This document shows, piece after piece, positions 38,997 to 49,900 of a DNA stretch of 64,000 nt. The position numbers were made by a program, and so were the translations under genes. The notes under the pieces are model-generated. The model saw nothing but the letters and a program-made list of their open reading frames with translations. It did not search any database and was not told the DNA's origin. Numbering within the stretch: the first letter of the stretch is position 1; each line of letters opens with the position of its first letter. The stretch comes from Amoebophrya sp. A120. Taxonomy: Eukaryota > Protista > Dinoflagellata. The stretch is taken from positions 9,741,979-9,805,978 of the forward strand of contig CAJINV010000003.1 of assembly GCA_905178155.1 (NCBI GenBank), written 5' to 3'.

Positions 38997-41996
38997 CATC
39001 GTGTGTAGAAACGTACCAGCCCCATAGTCAAGATTGCATTTGCAACGAACCCTGCTACATAAATCCAGAACAGAGGGCGTCCGCAGACAGCATGGCACAG
39101 GGCAGGCCGCCCCTCTTGGTGTGCATAGCCCCACAATCAACTGGCGCATCATCATCGTCAGGCGCGAGCGGCTCAGTACGCTTTTGATGGCGCACACCGA
39201 AAAATAAGGCACATCGTCGCCGTCTCGACTATGCGCGCAGATGCTGCGGCGCAGCGGCACAATACCCAGCAGCCTGCACCTTCCGCCACTATGCTCTCCC
39301 GCGATCATGGACACAGCCACGCAAGGGAGATAACTTGCGCGCAGCACAATGGCGCCGGATTCGAAGGAATGCCCCAAAGCGCCCCCACTGCTCCCAATAT
39401 GGTCGGGGCGGCGGAGCATTCACGGTAGGAGCGCGTCCCTTGGGGAGTACATATACACACAGACGCCACACAACACGCACGCACACAAGTGAGCCAGTAC
39501 ACGAAGGGCGCCCGGGTCTCCACAACAGACAAAAAAAAGTAGCGGGGCAGGCAAATGAAGCACGACGAAAGGCAGGGAAGGTATGCGCGTCCCGCAGAAT
39601 GCGAGGGCGACAACGATCGACTGCGCTGCGTGATGGTAGAAACGTGGCGCGCGCGCGCCTGTTCGAAGAAGCGCGCTGCTCGGAAGCGCGCTTGGGGCGA
39701 GACATGTCCCGGGGCACAGGGCGAAAAGGCGCACCGGGGGCGAGGGAGCGGCATGGCACTTGTGCCACTTCCAGCGGGCCGCTGCCCTCCAGATGGGCAC
39801 TCGTTTCCTGGCTGCCGGTTGGGGTGCACAAAGCCCCGGGGCTACCCAGCAGGGATAATTGTTGCGCCGTATTGCCAGTGGGAGCAATGAAAAACGCGGG
39901 CGCAGAGGCATTGTCGGCACCGCCCCGAACGGGGGTCCCGCGAAGTCCCGGGGGCCCCTTGCTCGGCGGCTGGGCCGCCTAGACAGCGTCTCGGAAAGGA
40001 CAAGAAGGGCCAGGCGCCTCCGTGCCCTGCCAAAAAGATATAAGCCGCGGGGTCTTGGGATTACTGGCTCACATGCAAAGCGCCAGACGCAGACGGGCGA
40101 CGGCCAAAAGGTAAAACCAGTGGTAGATGCCAAAACCAACGGCAAGCAAGGAAGGGGGTGCGACTGAGGCAAAGGGAAGGCCATTCGTTTGCTTTCTCTG
40201 CAGAAAGCACAACCAGGAACCACGAAGAAGTTTAAACGGGCCCGCTTCCAGTTGTTGGCTAGTTTGCAGAAAGAAAGGGGGCGCTTCGCTCCATCTCCCT
40301 CGCCGCGGTTGCGTCGTTCGGGCATGCGCCTCCGGACTTGCGCCGCGCGCTGCTCCTTCGGAAGGGCCGTCCCAGGCCAGGCTGGCCGGCCCGGCGCTAG
40401 CAGGCCAAGGCCGGCTCCCCCGGTGGAGCGCTCTCGCACGCACCTCCCCGCGCTTCGGGCGATGAACAGAGAACAGGGCGCCACCCTCCCCTCTAGGCAA
40501 GGAAAGAAAAACGACCGCGCGCGCGACTGACGTAGCTACCGAGCTGGCCGCCCAACTGCGTCTGCTTTGCCGCGCGGGCCTGCCTACTCCCCCGGCAAAG
40601 GAAGTGCGGCCAAGCGCCATCCAAGCCCGGCCCCGCGCGTGCCGGCAAGCGTGCGTGCCCCCCCCCCGCCCCGAGGTTGCAGCAAGCCCCGAATCAAGTG
40701 AGTCCGCCGGCTCGCCCCAGGATGGAAGGAAACCCAGCGGGCCTGCCAGGGACAAAACGCGGCCCGGCGCCAGGGGGGCACCCCGCCCGGCCCCCGGCCG
40801 GCTGCTGTCGTCTTCTAAACATCAAGGGCGCGGGGCTGTTCCCCCGAGAAATTCTGCGCGCGGGGGTAGTTGAAAACCACCCGGCCCGGGCCGTGGGGGT
40901 GTAGCAGGCAGCAAGGCCCGTCCGGCCTGGCCCCGGGGCCAAGTCCGCCCGGCCCTTCGAAGGCCGGGCGGGAGGCCACCCCTCCGGCTCCGGCCCAGAC
41001 GAATGCCGCTATGGCAGAGCGTTCGGAAGGGCCGAAACCCTTCCGGCCGAAGACCAGCGCCAAGTTCGTCCGGCCGGTCCGACGCCCTAGCGAGGGAGCC
41101 AGAGGCCAGCCGGCCCAAGCAAAGGAGGCAAAGCCAACAAAGGTTGTCCGCCCCCGCACCCGGCCCCGCCACCGGCCCATCGAACCCAGCCGATGGGGCG
41201 CCCAAAGCTAAGGTCGTCCGGCCCGACGGACCCCGGGCCCCGCTCGGCCTAGGAACGCAGCCCGACCACTGCTGAAAGAGGGGCAGGGGAGTCCGAGAAG
41301 GGAAGGGCCCGAAGAAACGGCCCCCCCCGCCGGGCCAAGCCCAAACCAAGGGCTGTCCGGCCGATCTCGAAACCAAGTCCGTCCGGCCCTGCCGGGTTGA
41401 AAGTGAAAGTCCTGCCAACCCGCCACAAGCCCACAATAAAAGTAACACGAACGGCCGGCCGGCCCAAGCCCAACCAACAAAAGCCGAACGCGGCCGTCCG
41501 GCCAGGGCCCAAGTCCGTGCCAGCCAAGGCCAGCTCGGCGGGCCCGGGACCAAGCTGGCCCCGCCGCGCGGGCGCAAAGCCAAGGCCGGCCCGCCGGAAT
41601 CGTCTCGGGCCGCTGCAAATCCGGCGCGCAACTCTTATCGCGGACCGCGGCACTTTCTTCAACACAAGAAAGCGCTGGCGGACTTCCTGCAGCTTTTCCT
41701 GTCGTCCTTCGGTATCGACTCTTACTGTTTTTGGTTTATCTCAACAAGATTTGCACGGATTATACTTGATTAACAACTCTGTCGCGCACACGCGGAGCTA
41801 CGGAAGGCTGAAAATCAAAATAGCATGACAAGGACAAACACAAATGATTAAAGATGGCAAATCCAGTCTGCTCCTCGTGGGGCTACGAATGGGGCACAGT
41901 CTGCACCGCGACTGCTGGAGCTGGACATGCAAATTATTTGCATGAGAAGTTACCAAGATCGTGCGGGTACGTTTTTTACATAAGGTAACGACGATA
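38997..41996 (-). mobile_element. 3.0-kb introner-like insert forming a non-canonical glycosyltransferase intron
   Basis: Gapped inverted repeat TATCGT..TGTAAAAAACGTACC vs CATCGT.TGTAGAAACGTACC; flanking 5-mers CAGCC and GTCGC; in-frame join. Confidence 0.75.
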
Positions 41997-41998
41997 GG

Positions 41999-42781
41999 CT
42001 GTTCAAGATCCCCGTTGCGGCCGATCCTTTCCGCGAGAAGCGCGAACATCGCGTTTTCTCCGTTGGCCTCAAGGTCGTCCACCAGGGCAACGAGTGGCGT
42101 CGGGCGTTTCGGGTAGAGCTTCATGCCAGGAAACATCGCAAATTCGTCGCCGTCAGCCTGCAGAACCCAGTCCTGCGGCTGCACGCCTACTTCGTTCAGG
42201 ATGTAGAAGCGGTCGAACACCATTTTCTTCACTGAATAAGGCTCCAAGTCGACAAAGACATTGTCGCAGATGCCGGTTGTTCTACTAGTTTTCCTCTGCG
42301 ACGCCTGTTTATTGATTTTTTTCCCTGAGCCAGTGATGACATCATCATGCGGCACATGCGCACTATCACGCGGATACGCTTCTCCTTCTCCTTCACCTCG
42401 TTCCGTGTCGTCATAGTACCCGTGGGGCCCGCACAAAGCCTGGTCCGCGAACTTCTTGGCCCGACCCACAGTGGGCGAAAACAGCAAAACGATGAAATAA
42501 CGCGGATCCATCCCAAGTCGTTTCTGGTGGTGCTCCACCCAGTAACTCACCGTCGCGCGTGTCGAATTGCTGTTCATACCCCACCCCGTAAGGGCCCAGA
42601 TTCGTCGCTCGTAGGAGCGCCGCGGAGAATTGGAGCCCTGTGTAGAACAGCTTGCCTGGATTGGCATTGGAGGGGTGTACTCGCGCGCAGAAACGGACGA
42701 CTGTAGCAACGAAACACAAACAACATGTAACAGCGGCAACATCACAAACGAAAACAATGCCGACGCTTTTGTTCGAGACAT
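41999..42781 (-). CDS. Secreted GT2-like (Glyco_tranf_2_4/GT92-type) glycosyltransferase, exon 1
   Basis: Hydrophobic signal or anchor (SALFSFVMLPLLHVVCVSLL), YWVEHHQKRLGMD and DWVLQADGDEF (DxDE motif); 261 codons. Confidence 0.75.
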
Positions 42782-43600
42782 GAGCCGCTTCGTGTGATCT
42801 AGGGGCCGCTCGCCCTTTTCCGTCGTGCTGCACGGCTCCTGGAGAAACGACAGCCGGCAAGCTCTACGCCGGGAAACAGCCAAGGAGTTGACGCACTACA
42901 ATTTTACGAAGGAGCGCGCATCCCAAACAAGACAGAATGACAGAAACTTACTCTGCGGAAAAACAGTCCCGCCCTTACTTGGTATTTCGCGCCTAGCATA
43001 TCTATCAATAGCGAAATGAGTTTCAGTGCTGCCAGCTAACGGGGGCGACACCGCCGTAGGGGCAACGACGCGCGCCGGACACGTGTTGTCATTTCTCCCG
43101 TTTTTCCTCCCTAACAAGAAGCGGCCCCCCGCATGGGCAGGGGTGCGCGGAAAAACAGCAACTAAAAGGTCGGAAGGAAAAAAAAAAAGAAAGAAGTCAA
43201 TGTGTGTGCCGGCGCGCGTGCTCGCCGCGACCCAAGGTCGCTGCAAGCTGGTGCCGTGGCCGCAGCTGTTGTGTGCTCGCTGGTCTCGCGTCGCCCAATC
43301 ACCCAAAGCTGTGACAGCTAAGCCCGCGCACATGTAGTCGCGACCAATGCCAGCAGTGGTGAAATATCTTTCTGACAAGTGTCTTCAATAGAATACATCA
43401 CAAGAACCGTGTCAAGGTTCAACAACATCCATGCGGGAACCCGAGATGGGGCTGCCTGGCAAGATTCAAATAAATTTGATGTCGCGGACACAAATTGCCT
43501 ATGTGCGAAGTTTCGTCTGTGAGGTCTTGTGAGGTTGCTCATTTGCGTTCGTGCGCGAAGGTGGAAGCGCGTCAGCTCACCTCTTTGCTTTAGTGCTATT

Positions 43601-45562
43601 TCAAGAAAAATCACTCTGGCTGCGGGACGCTGAAAAAGTCAGCTCGTAGAGGTATGGCGCCATTGCTAGTGCTGCTGACAAAGGTAAAGCCTTAGCCTGT
43701 GACTTCTTATTCCTGTGCGCGTAATAAAAAATATGCTTCTCGTTATTCTCGAATTCGACCACATCCACAGCCAAAATTTTTGCAGTAAAGTGAGACCCAC
43801 ACGTCCAGCAACGCCGACCACCACCACACACGAAAACCAAGCTGCGCCCACACCCTCCACTAATACTAGACACGTACTATAACCGGCAACAATACGACGA
43901 AAACCAATGGGGGCAGTCGACAAGAGTCGGCATTTCCAAAACGCGCAATGCGTGTGGACGCGTAACGCGCCACACGTGACGCCTTCGCGCCATGCATCGC
44001 ATACGACGGGCGCCGTGTCGCGTAGTACACGCGCGCAACGAGTGCGGAGAGGCCGGGCCGGCGCGATGCGGCGCGGGGTGCGGCCGGTAGCTGCTACGCA
44101 CTGGGCGGGGCACCGGGTGGCCGGGGGGGCCGCAGCTTCCACCTGCGGACGGCCGGAAAGTCAGGGCTTCTCTGCGCGGCGAGCAAAGGGGGCGCGCACT
44201 TTCTTGCAGCCAGGCCGTAAGCAACCGGGCGCCCGCTGCCAGCGGCGTCTGGCACGCGACCGGACGCGGGGCTGGCAAGACTGCTGGCAGACCTTCGACA
44301 ACGGGCGGGGAGGGCGGCTAACTAAGGTACGTGGGGCCACGCCCTGGCGCGCCGTGTGTTTGCAGCAGAAACGGCGCGCCACGGTGCGCGCCTGCGTTGT
44401 CTGCAAAGCCAGCGCTTGCGCTCGCTTCTAGGCGGGCGCGGAGTTGCTTAGTTACTGCAGCATACCAATAATAGCCGCGCCCGCGGGGGTAGTGAGATCA
44501 CAGCGGCTTTTTTGACTGTCCGCCCCCAATAAAGCGTTGCCTTGCATGGTGTCGGGGGCGGTACATATCACGGCCACAAGCCGCCCGCTTCCTGTCTGCA
44601 AAGTCCGAAGGCCCTCCCCGCATGCCATGGCCCCGCTAGGGCCTCCACGAGGGTCGGCCCCTTGGGCGCCCCAAATCAGGCCCATAGCATGCGGATTGGC
44701 TTGCTGCTTTCGGCGGCATCTGCGTTCTTTGGTTTTTTTGTGGCAAAGTCGCATCCCTGCTGCCTCCAGAGAAGCAACGCTTTCTCGCATGCATGGCCAC
44801 CCCAGGGCCCTCCCCAAGCCCCGCCCCATTGGCCCCCAAAATCGGGCCCAGACCATGCGGGTTTGCTTTCAGCTTTTGGCGAGCTTTCCGCTGTTTGTTT
44901 TTTTTTGTTGAAAAGTGGCACCTTTTGGCTTGCTGCCCGCCTTCAAAATGCCCGATTTTGGTGGCCGGCTTTGCGACCTCGAAAAGTGGGCCAAAATGAG
45001 GCCCATAGCATGCGGATTCGCGGTTTTCGTATATATTGCGGTTTTTTTTCGGCGCTCCTTTCTGGGCGCCCCAAACCGCCAGAAACCAAGGCGGTGGGAC
45101 CCTCAGAAGGGCGCCACCTTTGCCGGCTCCTCTGCGTCGTTTTACCAAGTGGCGACCGATAGAATCCTCTGGCGATTCGGTGCCGACACAGCCAAAGCGG
45201 CTCGATAATTGGAAAGTTTTTATGTCACAAAACTCTTCCGGCTGCTTGAAAACTGCCGCTCGTTTTGCGTGAACCATGGCAAAAAAGCCGCTAGAATAGA
45301 ACGTTCGTGGCCTCACTACATACAAACCTAAGTCATAATTTCTTACGCTAGGGACCCGCTGAACTTCTCCGCTAACCCCATGGGGCGGCTCTCTAGCTCG
45401 GCGGGCATGGGTGCAGCGCTTACAAACTCCTGCGGCTTGAGCCAGGTTTTTTTTTTGCCCAAGTTCATGACGAACTTCTTTTTCTCGTGCGGCGGCGGGC
45501 GGCGGCGGCGCTGGCCTCTTACCAGAATCAATAGCGGGAGTGTGGCGTACAATGAATAACAA
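43601..45562 (-). CDS. Possible small multi-exon hypothetical gene (about 45205-45560 plus 43601-43875)
   Basis: Two lower-GC, protein-like blocks flank a GC-rich repeat insert and join in frame under the TAT/5-bp rule. No domain recognised and the start is unresolved. Confidence 0.25.
44543..45190 (+). repeat. Dispersed repeat, related copy at about 56060-56535
   Basis: Colinear blocks ATATCACG.CCACAAG, GGGCGCCCCAAATC, AGCATGCGGAT and GGGCGCCCCAAA; this copy also has internal reiterations. Confidence 0.85.
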
Positions 45563-45724
45563 TAAAAATAATAGGCATCCTGTACACTTTCTTAAACATC
45601 AAAAACCTTGCCGGGTTTTGGGACTTTCGCTCCTTCTGACACGCACGCTCTGGGGACGAATCATTCTTTTCTTAAACTTCAAGCTAGCCCAGTATTCTTG
45701 CAGTGTCGGATAAGTAGTTTTATT

Positions 45725-46861
45725 CTAGAACGCAACGACTTCTGCAGTATTGTTCTTGTCTTCGTCCACTGGATAAAAGCCCTTCTCTCCTTCCTTACCG
45801 GTATCCCACATACGGGATGACGCTTCGGACTCCGTGTCGGCGTATACGTGTTTCGTTCGAAAGAAGGGTAGTTCAAAGATCCCACCCTCCCCAAACAAGA
45901 ATTTGAGCACAATGAGCCCCAAAAGCCCACCGGCGCCGTACTTCGCGTAGTCTTGCGTGGTCATGCTGGACTCCGCCTCCTCCTCGGCGGTGCTGGCCTG
46001 CTGCGGCGCTTCTGTGGTCACATTACTGCTATTTGTCTTGTTCGCGACACGCTCTCCATCCACGACATCGTGGCCCAGTTGTCGCTCTTGCGATGAGAAC
46101 AGCGCTCTTACATTCGTTTGTGCGATTCCATGCTGCGCGTTTTCGCGTGCAGTCGTCTCTTCTCCTCTCGAAGGCGGTACTCGCCGCATAATCTTGGCCC
46201 GCCCCTGTTGTTGCGACGTGCTTGCTCTTTGCCAACCGCCACGGGTGCTAGTACTACCCTCGTTCGCAGTTCGAAGATGTCGGTCCAGGTACGTGTGCGA
46301 ATGTTCGAGATTAGAAGGTTGTCGTTCTGTTTCATCAGTACGTTGTTGAGGCGTTCCACGGTATCGTGGGTCGTGCTTGCCTCTCAGCACGTTCGATCGC
46401 ATTTGCAGCGCTTCCGTTTGCTTTCCGCCCTTACCACCACTCACGTGCCTCGTTTTCGTTTTCATCTCATTGAAGTTGGCATCTCGGACGGCACTTGCAC
46501 TAGAAACAACTTCACTGCGATCCTTGTTCTTGTACCTCTTCCAGTCATCCGATGTCATTCTAGTGCGCTCTTCTGCGCCACTGTGCTGTCTTGTTCTGCT
46601 TGCCACGCGAGGACCCCAGGTTGTCAACAACGCCCCCATGTTTGGACTTTTCTGTCCGAAGTAGGCGGCAGACGTCCCAATTTCTTCACTACCATTGTGC
46701 TGCTGGTCTGTCGCTTCGGCTGTGGCTCCGTCAGAGTGCAGCTCCACTTTCGACGCCGCCGGCTTGCCTGACGTTTTGTTGGCTACCGGGAGAGAGTGAC
46801 GACGTGAAGCGATAACTTTCCCAACGAATAAAGGAAAAATTGCGCATAAACAACCGCACAT
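45725..46861 (-). CDS. Single-exon hypothetical membrane protein (signal peptide, long polar region, C-terminal TM)
   Basis: About 378-codon ORF in exon-like composition; N-terminal MCGCLCAIFPLFVG and C-terminal YGAGGLLGLIVLKFLF. Confidence 0.75.
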   Translation of the reverse strand: MCGCLCAIFPLFVGKVIASRRHSLPVANKTSGKPAASKVELHSDGATAEATDQQHNGSEEIGTSAAYFGQKSPNMGALLTTWGPRVASRTRQHSGAEERTRMTSDDWKRYKNKDRSEVVSSASAVRDANFNEMKTKTRHVSGGKGGKQTEALQMRSNVLRGKHDPRYRGTPQQRTDETERQPSNLEHSHTYLDRHLRTANEGSTSTRGGWQRASTSQQQGRAKIMRRVPPSRGEETTARENAQHGIAQTNVRALFSSQERQLGHDVVDGERVANKTNSSNVTTEAPQQASTAEEEAESSMTTQDYAKYGAGGLLGLIVLKFLFGEGGIFELPFFRTKHVYADTESEASSRMWDTGKEGEKGFYPVDEDKNNTAEVVAF

Positions 46862-46985
46862 TGTTAGGTAGTAACCCAAAGCGACAAGAATGTTCTGTCA
46901 GGACACAAAACGAATTGCCCTTGACATTCAATTCTGCTCTCCTCTCAACAACATCTGCTACTAAAATGAAGTGCTTGCGAAGAGT

Positions 46986-49900
46986 CTATACCCTTCTCCG
47001 GCAAAACGTGAACATGCTTCCTATTGTGCTGTCCATAGTATGAGTATTCAGAAGTGAACAGCTTTCTTGCCCGCAGTCAGGGGGCCGGGGTTTCGCTGGC
47101 TTTCGACGCAGTCGCATAACTTCAGCTGCGTCGCTATCATGTTGATACGAACTGCTTTTGAGAATTGTCCCTCGACCACGAAAACTTAGCGCTTCTTCGA
47201 AATCCGTACTCATTATGTAAACTTTAGAGACTGTGCAAAAACTGGACCCCCTTTCGACGTGTCGATAGGGGGGGTCAGCGGCCTGCTGGCGACTTACCTC
47301 CCCCCTCCCCCCCCCTTTCGACAAGCGCGCCCGGGCTCTACAAGATGGGATGTGCGGGGCGCGCTACGCGCGCCCACTGGAGGCACTTCCCGGCCTTTCC
47401 TGCTTGGCCCGCGACCTACTTGCAAAAAATTTCGCGGGGCGGGCTGCGCGCGCCCGGTGCAGGTACATTGCCCACATCGCTGGCGAACTAGTTGAAAGAA
47501 TTCTACGAGCCACGCGCCGCCCGAGGTGCAGCTACGTGACACGCGTGCGCATTACACCGTTGCGAAAATTTCGCGGGGCGCGCTGCGCGCGCCCGCTGCG
47601 GGTCACTTGCTAGGAAAATCTCCACGGCTTCGCTTTTATTCATTTGCCAATGACTTCACTTTTATTCATTGCGCACCCGCTTCCGCGCTTGCCAGGGTGC
47701 TAAAATTTTGCGGGGCGCCCTGCGCCCGCCCGCTGTAGATAAATCCCCAGAAACTGCGCCGCGCTCTACCTTCTGCGTGTGCCAGGCAGTGGGTGCTATA
47801 CAACTTGAAGCGCCTCAGATGCAATTTGCGGACGGGCGAACAGTTCTGCTATTTTGGAAAGGGTTCCAACCAACGCAAAAACCAAAGTCCAAAACGACGC
47901 CGAGAGAGTGCTTGTTCCCCTAGTTAGTATGGAGACACGCGCTGGCGCTGAAGCTTCAGGATGTTGCTGTTGTTGGCTGAGTAAGGCGCAGCGATACCGA
48001 TACGCCCGGCCCGCACCTGCCCGCCAGCCATTTTGGCTCAAGCTATCACATCGCGAACTGCTACAAAAAGCCCCTTTGCGCCCTTACTTAGCGAGGCTCA
48101 AAAGGCGGAAGGGTGCTGGACTTAGCAAGCCACGCCCCTGCACCTTGAGCCAAACGTCCTCGCTGCAAACTTCGTTCGTTGAATTGGCACTGGTTTGGCA
48201 CCAGGACGCAAACCTCAACGAATACTTACTCGCACTGTGCGCCAAAATTTGACGCGATGGGCTTCCGTCACTCGCGAGAGTGGTGTCAGTCCTGAGTTGC
48301 CAAAGTTGAGACTTGTGGACCATGAGCCCAATGCCAAAGATGTTGCAGTGCCGGGCTTTTGGCTCAAGGTATCTATTGCGTCGCGACTTGCTACGCCCAA
48401 TCCCTTTATTTTCACCCTTCACGGGGCATGGCAGGCGTGGGCCTTGCTTTTGAGCCCGTTGATTTTCCATTGGGGCAAGGGTTCTGCTGCATGGCCGGGC
48501 GCGCGATACGAGTCCGCGCGCCATACCATGGTGGGTAGTTTGATTCTGGGCGGAACGCTGCCCATGTTTTTTGCATTTGGGGCCGCTGGTTCCTCGATTC
48601 TGATCGCGAGGCGTCTTGATTTGGCGACGACGAACAGGCGTGGCCTTCATTTGCTTTTTTTAAAAAGTTGAAATCCGCCCTAGCGGTAGCCCACTCGGGC
48701 GGATCGCATCCGACGAATGCAGCCCGGCCTTGTTCATTCTAGAACACATGGACAGTGCTGGTGGACTGGGTCCGTCTGGTGAAATCCGCCCCCGTGCTGC
48801 GCGCTGTTGTTGGCCTGGATCCCCCCGCGCTCTCGCCCTCACGCTGGCGGACCGGCCGCCGCTCCCCGGCAGCCGACCTACCTACCCCCCCCCTTTCGAC
48901 CTGTCGAAAGGGGGTCCAATTGTTGCGCAGCCTCTTAAGTTTCCAACTTTCAGCAAAATTCTGCACATGCAACATGTACGACATGGAGACGATGCAGTAA
49001 ATTTAGGCCAAGTTATGCCAGGTTTTTGGCGCTTGTAGGTAATTTCCGTTATCCCGCACCCGGGCCCACCGAACGTCGAAACCGACCGGGCCACCCGGCG
49101 CACTGAGCGGCGGTACATGCAGGTGGCCCGACATGCAGGCAAAATTTTTTTCGGCGCGCGCGCAGATAGACATATTTGCATGGGAGAAAACTTTTCTTAG
49201 GCGCGCGCGCCCCCAAGAAAATCCCGACCCGAACACAAAACTTACGCAGGCGACGCACAGAAATTATTTCCCAGGATTTTCGCCGCGTCACGAAACTCTT
49301 GACACAGGGAAAATCCAGGGAGCAAATTTCTGTAAGTCACCTGCGTAGGATTTGTGTTCCGACCGGCAACACCACTCTGAGCACAAATATTACGCAGGTG
49401 ACTTACAGAAATTAGTTCCCAGAAGGTTCGCCGCAAGGGCATGGCATCAAGATGTTCTGAAAAATAACCTAAGGAGATGAAAGCAAATGCTGATCCCCTC
49501 CTTGGTTCGAAAAGTAAAAATCTTTTCGGCCCAAGGGGATGAAAAGAAAAACTCTTCACAGCGAACGTTTAGTACTAGCAACTCATCTCAACTTAATCCA
49601 ATACTCGAAAACTTTGAAGCTTAAGGCTCAGAAGTGCAGCACGATCAAAGCATCGTAGAAATTCAGCGTGCAAGTTCTCCCTTACCTAAAAACAACTCGT
49701 CCCTTTTTTCAGCAAGTTCAAAGTGAGTCCTTCTAGTTTTTCAGCAGCTGTAGTTAAAGAAATATTTCTCTCTTGTCTTTTTTCAACCAGGGGTTTTTCT
49801 TGAAATAGCGCTAGGAGAAAAGGTGTGTAATCGCGTTTCCACCTTCACGCATAAACACAAACAAACAACAACAAACAAACAAAAACTCATTCGGCCTGTG

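Noticed and set aside
39289-41828. Many long overlapping ORFs in GC-rich tracts (also 27292-29115, 54913-57942, 62597-63993)
   Set aside because: They are rich in R/G/P/A, open on both strands and lie inside introns or repeats, as expected from stop-codon scarcity.
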